From Patescibacteria group bacterium (GTDB lineage: Bacteria; Patescibacteriota; Patescibacteriia; 2-01-FULL-39-33): DNA of 64,000 bases. The notes under the pieces are model-generated. The model was not told the origin of the DNA. It saw only the letters and a list, made by a program, of their open reading frames with translations, and did no database searches. The number at the start of each line of letters is the position of its first letter. The first letter of the stretch is position 1. Shown one piece after another: positions 1 through 9,141 of the stretch. The DNA is taken from contig JBAZMW010000002.1 in NCBI GenBank assembly GCA_041649575.1, forward strand, positions 78,159-142,158, written 5' to 3'. The position numbers were made by a program, and so were the translations under genes.

Positions 1-20
1 TCACCACGCCTCTTGGCCGT

Positions 21-1112
21 GTGCCCAATGCCTATGCCTATGGCGCGGCCTTGATGTGGCTGCCGTTTTTTCTGATCGCTCATCCGTTGTCTTTGGTTTT
101 CCAAGGCGTTAATCAATCGCTTTTTGCCGCCGACGGTTATTCTTATTTTTATAATTTGTTTTTAAATTTTGGTTCCTGGTTTTATAGTTCGCTCGCCCTG
201 ATTTTTTGTTTTAAAATTCTAAAAAGATTTTTCAGCGAACGGACGGCTTTCTTGTCCGCTCTGGCAATCTATCTGGCGACGCCATGGTTCTATTATCAGA
301 ATTTCGAGCCATTTATGGCGCACTCGGTCTCTTTGTTTTTGGTCAGCGTTTGGTTGTATCTGATGGTTCGGCTTTGGCATAAGGAAAAAGTGAATCATTG
401 GCTGTTAATTTTTATTTTGTTTTTAATGTGCGCCACTCGTTGGCAAAATTTATTTTTTGCCGCCGCATATTTACCAATATTTTTTTTCCCCCTGCCAGAG
501 GGGGAGACCAAGAGGGGGTGGGAGAAGAGGTGTCTTTTCTTTTTTAAAAAAATTTCGATTCTTGTCGTGCCGATAATTTTATTTGCTCTTAGTCAGGCCA
601 TAATCTGGGGCCGTCTTTATGGGCAATATCTACTTGTGCCGCAGGGCCATCGGTTCCTAAGGCCCGAATTTCACGGGCTGTACACGCTCTTTTCTTCGGA
701 TCATGGCCTGCTGTTGTGGTCGCCGATCCTGATTTTGGCCTTGATCGGTTTATACTGGCTGTGGAAAAAATCAAAATTTTTGACTGGCATTGTTTTGGCG
801 GTTTTTATCTGCCAGTGGCTGATCAACAGCTCGCTCAATGATTTGGGCGGTGGCGATGCTTTCGGCGGCCGTCGTTTTATTGAAACCTTGCCGTTTTTGG
901 CGCTGGCTTTGGCGGCACTAATAGAAAAAATAAAGAAACACTATTGGCAGGCTTTTGTTGTCATAATTATATTCATTGGCTGGAATTTTTTGCTTTTGGA
1001 AAATTACCGTCTACAAACCATTCCTCATGCCGGCCACTTTGATTTTTTTCAAGTTAATTTTTTTCAGGTTGTCGGCCGAGACATTAATAGATTTATAATC
1101 TCTAAATTTTAA
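21..1112 (+). CDS. Polytopic membrane glycosyltransferase, GT39/ArnT-like (5' partial; reading frame is open to window edge)
   Basis: Highly hydrophobic multi-TM protein with aromatic-rich loops typical of GT-C (PMT/ArnT-like) enzymes. No stop codon upstream in frame back to position 3, so the gene is truncated by the window edge. Confidence 0.4.
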   Translation: MPNAYAYGAALMWLPFFLIAHPLSLVFQGVNQSLFAADGYSYFYNLFLNFGSWFYSSLALIFCFKILKRFFSERTAFLSALAIYLATPWFYYQNFEPFMAHSVSLFLVSVWLYLMVRLWHKEKVNHWLLIFILFLMCATRWQNLFFAAAYLPIFFFPLPEGETKRGWEKRCLFFFKKISILVVPIILFALSQAIIWGRLYGQYLLVPQGHRFLRPEFHGLYTLFSSDHGLLLWSPILILALIGLYWLWKKSKFLTGIVLAVFICQWLINSSLNDLGGGDAFGGRRFIETLPFLALALAALIEKIKKHYWQAFVVIIIFIGWNFLLLENYRLQTIPHAGHFDFFQVNFFQVVGRDINRFIISKF

Positions 1113-1115
1113 TTT

Positions 1116-1877
1116 ATGGACGCCAAAACTATTGTCAGAAAACTAGACCAAAAATTGGCCCAGTTTGCCAATAAAGAGAGGGCCTATTGGAGCAAAAAAT
1201 ATCTAAAGAGCCATTTTGAATTTTATGGTGCCGACAACGAGGCTGTCGTTGCCATCGCCAAAGGTTTCAAAAAAGAAAATAAAGATATCATAACTTCCGA
1301 TTTGTGGAAAATAATCGATCTGTTGTGGCAATCCGGCTGCCATGAACAACGCGCTTTGGCTATTAAAACATTGAAGCTATACCCCGATCTTTTGGAGATA
1401 AAGATAATGCCGCGTTTGGAAAAATTGCTTCGGACTTCGATCAATTGGGATCAGGTTGATGAAATTTCGGTACACTTGGTGGGGCGGGTGCTGGAAAAAG
1501 ATTTTAAGCCAGGGGAGAAATATTTGATCAAGTGGAGTCAGAATAAAAATTTTTGGCTACGCCGAGCCAGTTTGCTAGCCCAACTTTTATTGTTTAGAAA
1601 AAAGCAAGGCGACAAAAAATTATTTTTCATTTTGGCGGAAAAAATGTTAGACGAAAGCAAGTATCCAAAAAATTATTTTGTCACGCCCTACACCGAAGAA
1701 AAAATGGGCCGGTTTTTTATTCGCAAGGCGATTGGCTGGGTACTAAGAGAATTGAGCGCCAAAGATCCGCAAGCAGTGGCAAGCTTTCTTAATAAGAATG
1801 AAAGGAAAATGTCTGGCCTGACTTATCGCGAGGGCAGCCGCAATTTGCCCAAAGCTTACAAAAATAAACTAAAATGA
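1116..1877 (+). CDS. DNA alkylation repair enzyme (AlkC/AlkD-like HEAT-repeat glycosylase family)
   Basis: About 250 aa helical-repeat protein with conserved W/R/K-rich repeats (e.g. NFWLRRASLL, RKAIGWVLRELS) characteristic of the DNA_alkylation (PF08713) family. Confidence 0.55.
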   Translation: MDAKTIVRKLDQKLAQFANKERAYWSKKYLKSHFEFYGADNEAVVAIAKGFKKENKDIITSDLWKIIDLLWQSGCHEQRALAIKTLKLYPDLLEIKIMPRLEKLLRTSINWDQVDEISVHLVGRVLEKDFKPGEKYLIKWSQNKNFWLRRASLLAQLLLFRKKQGDKKLFFILAEKMLDESKYPKNYFVTPYTEEKMGRFFIRKAIGWVLRELSAKDPQAVASFLNKNERKMSGLTYREGSRNLPKAYKNKLK

Positions 1878-1941
1878 TTAGCGCTTGGTCTCATTCTTAT
1901 TTTTTTGCTATGATTAAGTTGATTAAAATTAAATTTATTTT

Positions 1942-2817
1942 ATGAGTCAATCTAGTGTTCGCAAGTTAATCATTCCCGTGGCCGGTATTGGCACGCGCAT
2001 GCTGCCAGTCACCAAGGCCCAGCCCAAGGAGATGCTGCCGGTTTTGGATAAGCCGGTTATTCAGTATATTGTGGAAGAGGCGGTCAAGGCCGGCATTAGA
2101 GACGTGATTTTTGTCACTGGCGCCAGCAAGCGTGCCATTGAAGATCATTTTGACCGCAACGAAGCTCTGGAGCGTGTTTGTCTGGAATCCAACAAAGAAG
2201 AGGTCTGCCGCAAGATCAAAGAAGTTGCCGAATTGGCTAATTTTATTTTTATTCGCCAGCGTGGACCATATGGCACGGGCACGCCGGTATTAAACGCCAA
2301 GGATTTAATTGGTAATGAGCCCTTTGCTGTGGTTTGGGGCGATGAAATTATCAAGTGCCCCGAAGGCAAGGCGCATCTCAAGCAGCTGATAGATGTTTAT
2401 GAGAGATATGGCGATCCGGTGGTGACTGCTATTGATACCGATGACGAAGGCACTAAAAAATATGGCGTTGTCGAGGGTGTGAAGATTAGCGATGATTTGT
2501 ATGAGGTAAAGAGGCTTTTGGAAAAACCAGGTCCCGCCGGCACTGCCAGCCGTGTCGGTTCGATTGGCGGCTATGTACTGACTCCCGATGTTTTTGAAAT
2601 TATCGAGACGATGCCGGCGGTCAACGGCCGCGAAAGATATCTGACCGATGCCATTGATTTATTAATTAAAAAACGCCCGGTTTATGGCAAGGTTATCGAA
2701 GGCACGCAGCACGATACCGGCAATAAATTCAATTGGATCAAAACTAACATCGAGTTTGCCCTGGAAGATCCAGAAATTAGTCAGCGGCTTAAGGAATTTT
2801 TAAAAAGCGTAATTTAG
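1942..2817 (+). CDS. galU: UTP--glucose-1-phosphate uridylyltransferase
   Basis: N-terminal KLIIPVAGIGTRMLPVTKAQPKEMLPV...KPVIQYIVEEA nucleotidyltransferase signature typical of GalU; 291 aa. Confidence 0.9.
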   Translation: MSQSSVRKLIIPVAGIGTRMLPVTKAQPKEMLPVLDKPVIQYIVEEAVKAGIRDVIFVTGASKRAIEDHFDRNEALERVCLESNKEEVCRKIKEVAELANFIFIRQRGPYGTGTPVLNAKDLIGNEPFAVVWGDEIIKCPEGKAHLKQLIDVYERYGDPVVTAIDTDDEGTKKYGVVEGVKISDDLYEVKRLLEKPGPAGTASRVGSIGGYVLTPDVFEIIETMPAVNGRERYLTDAIDLLIKKRPVYGKVIEGTQHDTGNKFNWIKTNIEFALEDPEISQRLKEFLKSVI

Positions 2818-2828
2818 TAAGAAAATAG

Positions 2829-2858
2829 AAAAAGCGACCAAAATCGCTTTTTTCATTT
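2829..2858 (+). terminator. Rho-independent terminator after galU
   Basis: Hairpin aaagcga-ccaaaa-tcgcttt followed by a T-run (tttcatttt). Confidence 0.55.
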
Positions 2859-2865
2859 TAGCTTT

Positions 2866-2877
2866 GTTTGTGTTATA
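2866..2877 (+). promoter_or_regulatory. Extended -10 promoter (TGtTATAAT) only about 9 nt upstream of the hydrogenase beta-subunit ATG (leaderless-like)
   Basis: TGTTATAAT at 2869-2877 and ATG at 2887. The same arrangement (TGTTATAAT 7 nt before an ATG) recurs at 40994-41012. Confidence 0.35.
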
Positions 2878-2886
2878 ATATATCCC

Positions 2887-3864
2887 ATGCTAGACCAAAA
2901 TATTAAAAAGTTTTTGGCTAAACTCTCGCAGTCGTTTCTTTTGTTCGCCCCGCAACCGTTGGGGAGTGTTGTTAAAATAAAGCCAGTTGCAGAGATTGGC
3001 AATATCGACTGGTCGGGCGCTATGCCGCTCAACTCCTGGAAAGAAATTTTTTTACCAGCCAGAGAAAGATTATTCGACCTAAAGAAAAATTCTTTTTTTG
3101 AGTCCAAGACGGATTATCCGGCTACCGCCTGCATTGGCATTAATGTTTTGGATTTAAAGGCCTTTACTTTATTTGAACAGGTGTTCGGCCGCGATGCTTA
3201 TTATCAACAGCGGCGTCGCAATCTGTTGCTTGTCGGCTACAGCGCCCAGTGGCCCAATGATTACAAAAAATACAAAGTTTTCAGTCATAACTGGGAAGAA
3301 GATATTTTAGAGCATCTGGTTTTTGATATTTTTATAATTCAACTGAAGAACGATAAAACCAAGATTTACTCCGGTTCAGAGAAAGGGCAATTGATTCTAG
3401 AAAAATACGGCCTGAAAAATTACACGCATTTGGAATTTGCCGGCGCTGTCAAAGAGCAAGGCCCGGATAAAAAAATGTTGGAGCTCAAGGAAAAGCTGGC
3501 TAAGGCCTCCAGCCACAAACTCTGGAACGAACTTGATAAAATTTGCCTGGCCTGCGGTAAATGCTCGATCGCTTGCCCCACTTGTTTTTGTTTTGATTTA
3601 TTTGATAAAGTCGACCCCGATAAGAATTGTCGCGAGCGTTATTGGGGCAATTGTTTTTATAACGATTTTTCCAAGGTGGCCGGCGGTTTTAAAGAGCTAG
3701 ACACAGTCAAAAAGAAGATTTATTTTTGGTATACCCACAAATTTGTCCGCATTCCGCACGAATATTCTCTGCCCGGTTGTGTCGGTTGCGGCCGTTGCAC
3801 TCGTGTTTGTCCGGTGGGAATTGATATTGCCAAAAACGTTTCTATTATCGGTAAAATCAGATAG
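2887..3864 (+). CDS. [NiFe]-hydrogenase group 3b (sulfhydrogenase-type) beta subunit, 4Fe-4S ferredoxin domain protein (HydB/AsrA-like)
   Basis: C-terminal CxxCxxCxxxCP-type motifs (CLACGKCSIACPTCFCFD; CVGCGRCTRVCPVG). Followed 6 nt later by the gamma subunit. Confidence 0.7.
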   Translation: MLDQNIKKFLAKLSQSFLLFAPQPLGSVVKIKPVAEIGNIDWSGAMPLNSWKEIFLPARERLFDLKKNSFFESKTDYPATACIGINVLDLKAFTLFEQVFGRDAYYQQRRRNLLLVGYSAQWPNDYKKYKVFSHNWEEDILEHLVFDIFIIQLKNDKTKIYSGSEKGQLILEKYGLKNYTHLEFAGAVKEQGPDKKMLELKEKLAKASSHKLWNELDKICLACGKCSIACPTCFCFDLFDKVDPDKNCRERYWGNCFYNDFSKVAGGFKELDTVKKKIYFWYTHKFVRIPHEYSLPGCVGCGRCTRVCPVGIDIAKNVSIIGKIR

Positions 3865-3869
3865 TTTCA

Positions 3870-4691
3870 ATGAACAATATTTACCAAGCTCAACCAGCCA
3901 AAATAATCAGTGTCGTTCAAGAATCTTTAGACACCAGGTTTTTTCGCTTGACCTTTGTCAACAAAAAATTACAAAAGGAGCTGGCTTTTCTGCCGGGCCA
4001 ATTCGTGCAAATCGGTTTGCCGGGCTGGGGCGAGTGTCCTATTAGCATCTGTTCTTCCCCCTCCAACGCCAATAAATTCTTTGAGTTAGCCATCAGAAAC
4101 GTCGGTACGCTGACTAATGAGCTTAGTCGGTTGAAAGCCGGGGAAATAGTGTTTATCCGCGGGCCATACGGCAACGGTTTTGATATCGATTTTTCCAAAG
4201 ATAAGCCGCTAGTGATAATCGGCGGTGGTTGCGGTTTTGTGCCACTAAGGCCACTGATTCAGGATTTTTTGGCTGGCCGTTTGTCTAGTTCCAGCCTGCA
4301 GATATTTTATGGCTGCCTCAATGAAAAAACCCTGTTGTTTAGAAAAGAATATCATCTTTGGAATCGCCGCGCCGAACTCAACATTATTTTGGAAAAGCCG
4401 TCCAGAGAATGGAAGGGCAAAAAAGGCCTGATTACAGATCTGCTGGCCCAAAAAAAGATTTCGGCCAGCTCGGTGGCTGTTCTGGTGGGCCCGCCAGTGA
4501 TGTACAGGTTTGTCATCAAGGAACTCAAAAAAAGAAATCTGAAAGATGAAAATATTTATTTGTCGCTGGAGCGGAAAATGTATTGCGGCACTGGTGTTTG
4601 CCAGCATTGTGCCATTGGCCCGTATTATGTCTGTAAAGATGGCCCGGTTTTCTCTTGGAGCCAGCTGAAAGGTTTGCCTCAAGCGATTTAA
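3870..4691 (+). CDS. [NiFe]-hydrogenase group 3b gamma subunit (FAD/NAD(P)-binding oxidoreductase with C-terminal 2Fe-2S cluster, HydG/AsrB-like)
   Basis: Ferredoxin-NADP reductase-like fold motifs (RxFS-type FAD site, GGGCG NAD site) and C-terminal CGTGVCQHCAIG Fe-S motif. Confidence 0.7.
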   Translation: MNNIYQAQPAKIISVVQESLDTRFFRLTFVNKKLQKELAFLPGQFVQIGLPGWGECPISICSSPSNANKFFELAIRNVGTLTNELSRLKAGEIVFIRGPYGNGFDIDFSKDKPLVIIGGGCGFVPLRPLIQDFLAGRLSSSSLQIFYGCLNEKTLLFRKEYHLWNRRAELNIILEKPSREWKGKKGLITDLLAQKKISASSVAVLVGPPVMYRFVIKELKKRNLKDENIYLSLERKMYCGTGVCQHCAIGPYYVCKDGPVFSWSQLKGLPQAI

Positions 4692-4694
4692 TTT

Positions 4695-5207
4695 ATGCTG
4701 TTAACGGTTTTGTTCTTAATAATTATGGTGATTCTTGGCTCTGCCGCCGTTGCCGGTTTGTCTGCTGCTCCTTGGGTGCCAATGAGGAAAGCGGATGTGA
4801 TACGAGCCGTGGAATTAGCTGAAGTGAAAGCCGGTGACAGGGTTTACGATTTGGGTTGTGGTGACGGTCGGTTGGTTTTTGCCGCCAGTGGTCGCGGTGC
4901 CAAAGCGATTGGCTTGGAAATTTCCTTATTGCCTTTTGTTATTGCCAAAATCAGAAGCTGGTTTCAGCCGCTGACCAGGGTGTCATTTAAAAGTTTTTTC
5001 AGACAGAATTTGGAAGATGCCGATGTGGTTTTCGTTTTTTTGATGAAAAAGATTTATCCGAAACTGGCGACAAAACTAACCAAAGAATTGAAGCCGGGAG
5101 CCAGAATCGTGGTTTACTGCTGGCCGATTGATGAATTAAAAAGCAGTCTGATTGAAAAAAATAAGCCAACCGAAAAAGATTTGCCGCTCTATCTTTATCA
5201 AATTTAA
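4695..5207 (+). CDS. Membrane-anchored class I SAM-dependent methyltransferase (paralogue of 50615..51163)
   Basis: N-terminal TM helix, then motif I DLGCGDGR. Aligns along its length with the 50615 ORF (GDxxYDLGCG...G.E....EADVVF.YL...P.ARVVV). Confidence 0.6.
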   Translation: MLLTVLFLIIMVILGSAAVAGLSAAPWVPMRKADVIRAVELAEVKAGDRVYDLGCGDGRLVFAASGRGAKAIGLEISLLPFVIAKIRSWFQPLTRVSFKSFFRQNLEDADVVFVFLMKKIYPKLATKLTKELKPGARIVVYCWPIDELKSSLIEKNKPTEKDLPLYLYQI

Positions 5208-5224
5208 TAATTAATTTAAAAACT

Positions 5225-5365
5225 ATGTTTGGAGTCGCCCTCATTATCGTCGGAGCCATTTTTCTGCTCAAAGGTCTGGGCCTGTTATCCATGTTCCAAT
5301 GGGACTTGATCTGGCCAGTCGTTTTAATTGTCATTGGTATCTTGATGGTTTTCAAAAGGAGGTAG
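5225..5365 (+). CDS. Small hydrophobic protein (46 aa, two predicted TM helices), not in the supplied ORF track
   Basis: ATG at 5225; translation MFGVALIIVGAIFLLKGLGLLSMFQWDLIWPVVLIVIGILMVFKRR, stop at 5363-5365. Fills the gap between flanking genes. Confidence 0.3.
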   Translation: MFGVALIIVGAIFLLKGLGLLSMFQWDLIWPVVLIVIGILMVFKRR

Positions 5366-5395
5366 CTCTCCCGGCCATAAGCTATAAATCTATTT

Positions 5396-6676
5396 ATGTG
5401 CCTCACTCTGCCGGCCAAAGTTGTTAAAGTCAAAGGGTTACAAGCCGAGATTTTAGCCAGTGGCGCAAAACAAGTGGTGAAAATAGGCACTGCCGCTAAA
5501 ATTAGAGCGGGGGATTGGGTGCTTTATACCAATAATTTTTTAATAAAAAAAATCAGTCAGACTGAAGCCGAAGAAATTTCCGCCTTGCTTGGTTCCTATC
5601 AAGGCGTTACCGAAGCTAAACTAGAAAAAAAATTAAAGGACATTCTAACGGCCTCGTCCGTTCGCGATCTAAACGTCGAAGAGATTGAATATCTTTTGGG
5701 AGTTGATGGTCAAATTTCACAGGCAGCTCTTTTTTCACAGGCCAATGTGGCCAGAAAAGCCAATATCAAAGATCATATCTGTATCCATGGCATTATTGAG
5801 TTTTCCAACCACTGTCAAAACGATTGTCTTTATTGCGGCCTAAGGAGAAGTAATGACAAAGTTAGCCGTTACCGCCTGTCGCCGGAAAAAATAATCAAAA
5901 TAGCAGTGGCTGCTGTCAATAATCGCGGTTACAAGATTCTGGTCTTGCAATCGGGCGAAGACGATTATTATAGCGATGGTAAAATAGAATTAATTATAAA
6001 AGAAATAAAAAAACAGGCCAGAGTTTTCATTTATTTAAGTATTGGTGACAGAAGTGAAGCGGCTTACAAAAAATTCAAAGTTGCCGGCGCCAGCGGTGTC
6101 CTATACCGTTTTGAAACTTCCAACCCCGATATCTATGTCAGCCTGCACCCCGGCGACTCTCTGGAAAAAAGATTGGAAAATTTAGAAATGATGAGAAATC
6201 TGGGTTATGCGCTTTCCTCCGGGCCACTCATTGGCTTGCCAGCTCAAACATTAAAAGATTTGGCCAGTGATATAACACTAATGAAAAAGCTGGGTGTGTT
6301 TATGCCCTCAATGGGGCCGTTAATTCCTTCAGCCGAGACGCCGTTGGCCGGTGAAAAAAAGATTGATTTTGGCTTAGTTTTAAAAATGATTGCTGCCAGC
6401 CGTTTGGTTATGCCCAAAGCCAGAATTCCCGTTACTACTGCCATGGAGACTTTGGCGCGAGGCGAGGGAATAAGTATCGATGAAGCTAGACAGAAATGTT
6501 TTATGGCCGGCGCTAATTCCGTAATGTTGAATCTGACTCCTGAAACCCAACGGCAGAAATATTATATTTATGAAAACAAATTTTTTGATGTCGAAAAGAA
6601 ATATGAGAATTGGGGGTTGTTTAAGGGAGAATTGAGTTATCGGATGTTGGAAGAAGAGTTACGGGTCAGTATTTAA
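5396..6676 (+). CDS. Fusion protein: N-terminal HypC/HybG-like hydrogenase maturation domain plus BioB/HydE/ThiH-family radical SAM domain
   Basis: First ~75 aa MCLTLPAKVVKV...GDWVLYTNNFLIKKISQTEAEEISALL match the HypC pattern (MC[LI]x[IVL]P, GDWVLVH...EA). Downstream, IEFSNHCQNDCLYCGLRRSN has a CX3CX2C radical SAM motif closely resembling the HydE/ThiH signature. Single uninterrupted ORF. Confidence 0.65.
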   Translation: MCLTLPAKVVKVKGLQAEILASGAKQVVKIGTAAKIRAGDWVLYTNNFLIKKISQTEAEEISALLGSYQGVTEAKLEKKLKDILTASSVRDLNVEEIEYLLGVDGQISQAALFSQANVARKANIKDHICIHGIIEFSNHCQNDCLYCGLRRSNDKVSRYRLSPEKIIKIAVAAVNNRGYKILVLQSGEDDYYSDGKIELIIKEIKKQARVFIYLSIGDRSEAAYKKFKVAGASGVLYRFETSNPDIYVSLHPGDSLEKRLENLEMMRNLGYALSSGPLIGLPAQTLKDLASDITLMKKLGVFMPSMGPLIPSAETPLAGEKKIDFGLVLKMIAASRLVMPKARIPVTTAMETLARGEGISIDEARQKCFMAGANSVMLNLTPETQRQKYYIYENKFFDVEKKYENWGLFKGELSYRMLEEELRVSI

Positions 6677-6689
6677 AATAAAAAAAGAA

Positions 6690-6721
6690 GCAGCTTCAGG
6701 CCGAACTCGGCCCGAAGCTGC
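6690..6721. terminator. Bidirectional terminator hairpin between convergent genes (radical SAM fusion on + and phosphatidyltransferase on -)
   Basis: 14-bp nested stem gcagcttc-a-ggccga-ac-tcggcc-c-gaagctgc, flanked by an A-run on + (a T-run for the - strand transcript). Confidence 0.6.
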
Positions 6722-6740
6722 GAATGATCGCCTCTTGCCA

Positions 6741-7298
6741 TCACACTTGCTGCTGAACCACTATCTTGCGGTAGTAGTCCAGCCCCGACCAGATGCAGAC
6801 CGCGCTGATGAGTATCCCAGTGGTGTAGTACAGCATTTCCCTGAAGCCAGAGAGCGGACTTAAGTAGCTGCCCGGAACTGGTAGCGCCGCCACCAGGGAG
6901 CACATGCAAGTCAAATTGACCACGGTCTTGATCTTGCCCGAGGTCTTGGCGCCGATCACCTCGCGCGCGTAGTAGTGGCGCAGTATGGTGGAGAAGGTGT
7001 CGCGCAAGACGATGATGATCACCGGCAAGAGATGGATCATCCCATGAAAGTACAGCGGGACAAAAATCAAGATCAGCACTTTATCGGCCAGCGGATCCAG
7101 CCATTTGCCGGCAGCCGTGGAGCCCCAAAGACGAGCCGCGAGACCATCGAGCTTATCGCTTATGGCGCACCACAACACCAGTACAAACAGCAAGACGTGT
7201 GACTGAGGCGAGATTGGCGAATAGCACAGAATAATCAGCGCGGGGCCTGTCAAAACGATTCTCGACAGGGTGATAAAATTGGCAATATTCCTTTTCAA
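6741..7298 (-). CDS. CDP-alcohol phosphatidyltransferase family protein (PgsA-like); visibly G+C-richer than neighbours; likely TTG start with GGAGGG Shine-Dalgarno
   Basis: Motif DKLDGLAARLWGSTAAGKWLDPLADKV (D-G-x2-A-R-x8-G-x3-D-x3-D); multi-TM. On the opposite strand to all neighbours. Confidence 0.7.
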   Translation of the reverse strand: MKRNIANFITLSRIVLTGPALIILCYSPISPQSHVLLFVLVLWCAISDKLDGLAARLWGSTAAGKWLDPLADKVLILIFVPLYFHGMIHLLPVIIIVLRDTFSTILRHYYAREVIGAKTSGKIKTVVNLTCMCSLVAALPVPGSYLSPLSGFREMLYYTTGILISAVCIWSGLDYYRKIVVQQQV

Positions 7299-7406
7299 GG
7301 TACGCCCTCCTCAAGGGTTGAAAATCAGAATCAGCATTACTATCAAATTCTATTTAAATTATTTTTATAAGTCAATATAGCTTAGCTAATTAATAATTAG
7401 AAAATT

Positions 7407-7958
7407 ATGAAAAAAATTATCACCTTATTTTCCCTAATCTTTTTTTTGCTGGTGCCATTTTTTTCTGTTTTTGCAAATCCGCTCACTCCAATTCAAACGC
7501 CACCTTACAATTATATAGCACAAGTAGTCATTTTAATTGTCTCGGTAATAATTGAGGCCGTCGTTTTATTAGTTCTGGCCAAGTGGCTGATGAGGGAAGT
7601 AGGAAAAAATAATAGTACAAGAAAAATTATTCTAACCGGTTTGATATTAAATTGTATTTCAATTCCTTTCTTTTGGTATATTTTGTTGTCGCTTTTTAAC
7701 CAGATTTTGGCAAATTTTTATTTTGGTTATTCCAGATTTGTTATTTATATTGTCTGTGAATTACTCATTCTTATATATGAGGCGATAATTTATAAAAATA
7801 TTTTTAAGATTAGTTTTAGAAAAGCGTTGATTCTATCATTTTGTTGCAATCTAGCCTCACTGCTATTCAGTTTGTACGCGATAGCGCCAAATAGCGTCGT
7901 TATGAATTTTATAGGTTGGTCTATATTTACGATTCATCCTTATCAATACCCCTTTTAA
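7407..7958 (+). CDS. Hypothetical polytopic membrane protein
   Basis: Signal/TM-rich, low-complexity hydrophobic 183 aa protein. No recognisable motifs. Confidence 0.35.
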   Translation: MKKIITLFSLIFFLLVPFFSVFANPLTPIQTPPYNYIAQVVILIVSVIIEAVVLLVLAKWLMREVGKNNSTRKIILTGLILNCISIPFFWYILLSLFNQILANFYFGYSRFVIYIVCELLILIYEAIIYKNIFKISFRKALILSFCCNLASLLFSLYAIAPNSVVMNFIGWSIFTIHPYQYPF

Positions 7959-7961
7959 TTT

Positions 7962-8792
7962 TTGATTACTAATTACATGGCCAAGGCAAAAAAACCACGA
8001 TTAGCAATTATCGGCCTGACATCTTGTGAGGGCTGCCAGTTTTCCATGCTCGACAAAGGCCGGAGATTCTTGGGTTTAATGAAAAATTTTCAGGTAAAGG
8101 AATTTCGTCTAGTGGAGGATGAAAAAATGCTCGAAGAGAATTTTGACCTGTGTTTGGTTGAGGGCAACCCCGTCACCAAAGAAAACATTAGATTGCTCAA
8201 AGAAATGCGGCGGCGGTCGAAATTGTTAGTAGTTATTGGTAATTGCGCGGCTTTGGGTGGTGTCTGGGAGCTCAAAAATTATCAGAATAAGAAAAAGACC
8301 ATCAGGCAGGTTTATAAAAAAATAAAAGTAGCCAATCCTGACATTAAGGAAGTGGATAATTTTGTTAAAGTTGACTTTACCATCCCCGGTTGTCCCATAG
8401 ACGGTGAGGAGTTTATGGAGCTGGCCTATCAGCTTTTAAGTGGCCGGATTCCGAAAATCCCTCAGAATCCTGTTTGCCATGAATGTCAAACAAGAGGTTA
8501 TGAGTGTTTACTGCAGCAAGGAGAGATTTGTCTCGGGCCGATTACTCTGGGTGGTTGTCGGGCAGTGTGCCTCAAAAGCCGGCAGGCCTGCTGGGGTTGC
8601 CGTGGATTGTTTGAGGGCGCGCGAGTGGAAAATTTAATGAAGGAACTGCTGTCAAAATTTCCTCGCGAACAGGTTTATCGGGTGATGGAGGTGTTTGGAG
8701 CGAGAGATAGTATTTTGAAGGAGTTGGAACAGGAAGAAAAGCCAGCTGAAATTAAAAATGTAAAACTAAAAGTTAAAAATTCTAAAAAATAA
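7962..8792 (+). CDS. [NiFe]-hydrogenase group 3b small (delta) subunit
   Basis: N-terminal LAIIGLTSCEGCQFS Fe-S motif of NiFe small subunits / NuoB-like fold; further Cys clusters (GCPIDG, CHECQ, CLGPITLGGC). Confidence 0.7.
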   Translation: MITNYMAKAKKPRLAIIGLTSCEGCQFSMLDKGRRFLGLMKNFQVKEFRLVEDEKMLEENFDLCLVEGNPVTKENIRLLKEMRRRSKLLVVIGNCAALGGVWELKNYQNKKKTIRQVYKKIKVANPDIKEVDNFVKVDFTIPGCPIDGEEFMELAYQLLSGRIPKIPQNPVCHECQTRGYECLLQQGEICLGPITLGGCRAVCLKSRQACWGCRGLFEGARVENLMKELLSKFPREQVYRVMEVFGARDSILKELEQEEKPAEIKNVKLKVKNSKK

Positions 8793-8796
8793 AGCT

Positions 8797-9117
8797 ATGG
8801 ATAAACAAGAAACAAAATCAGCAAAACCAGAATTACGTGTATCTAGGGATTGTCAAATCGCCTTGGTCACTAAAATGCAAATAGAGCTGATGAAGATGGA
8901 CGGCATTGAAGATACCGACGAAGAAGCCAATCAAAAAGCGCTTGAGTGGGTTGAAAGCAATTCCCCCAAGTTCAGAGAAATTTTTGAGGAGATGTTAGCC
9001 AGAATCCAGGACGATCCTCGTTACGGAGAAATAATTATAAAGGCTGAGGCCGGGTATACTGATGATTTAGTAGAAGCGATGCTGCCGGAAATCAGAACTC
9101 GCATGATGATACTTTAG
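8797..9117 (+). CDS. Hypothetical acidic protein (106 aa) embedded in the hydrogenase cluster
   Basis: ORF tightly packed between the small subunit and the PLP enzyme. No recognisable motif. Confidence 0.3.
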   Translation: MDKQETKSAKPELRVSRDCQIALVTKMQIELMKMDGIEDTDEEANQKALEWVESNSPKFREIFEEMLARIQDDPRYGEIIIKAEAGYTDDLVEAMLPEIRTRMMIL

Positions 9118-9141
9118 CGGTTTAAATAAAAATATATTAAT

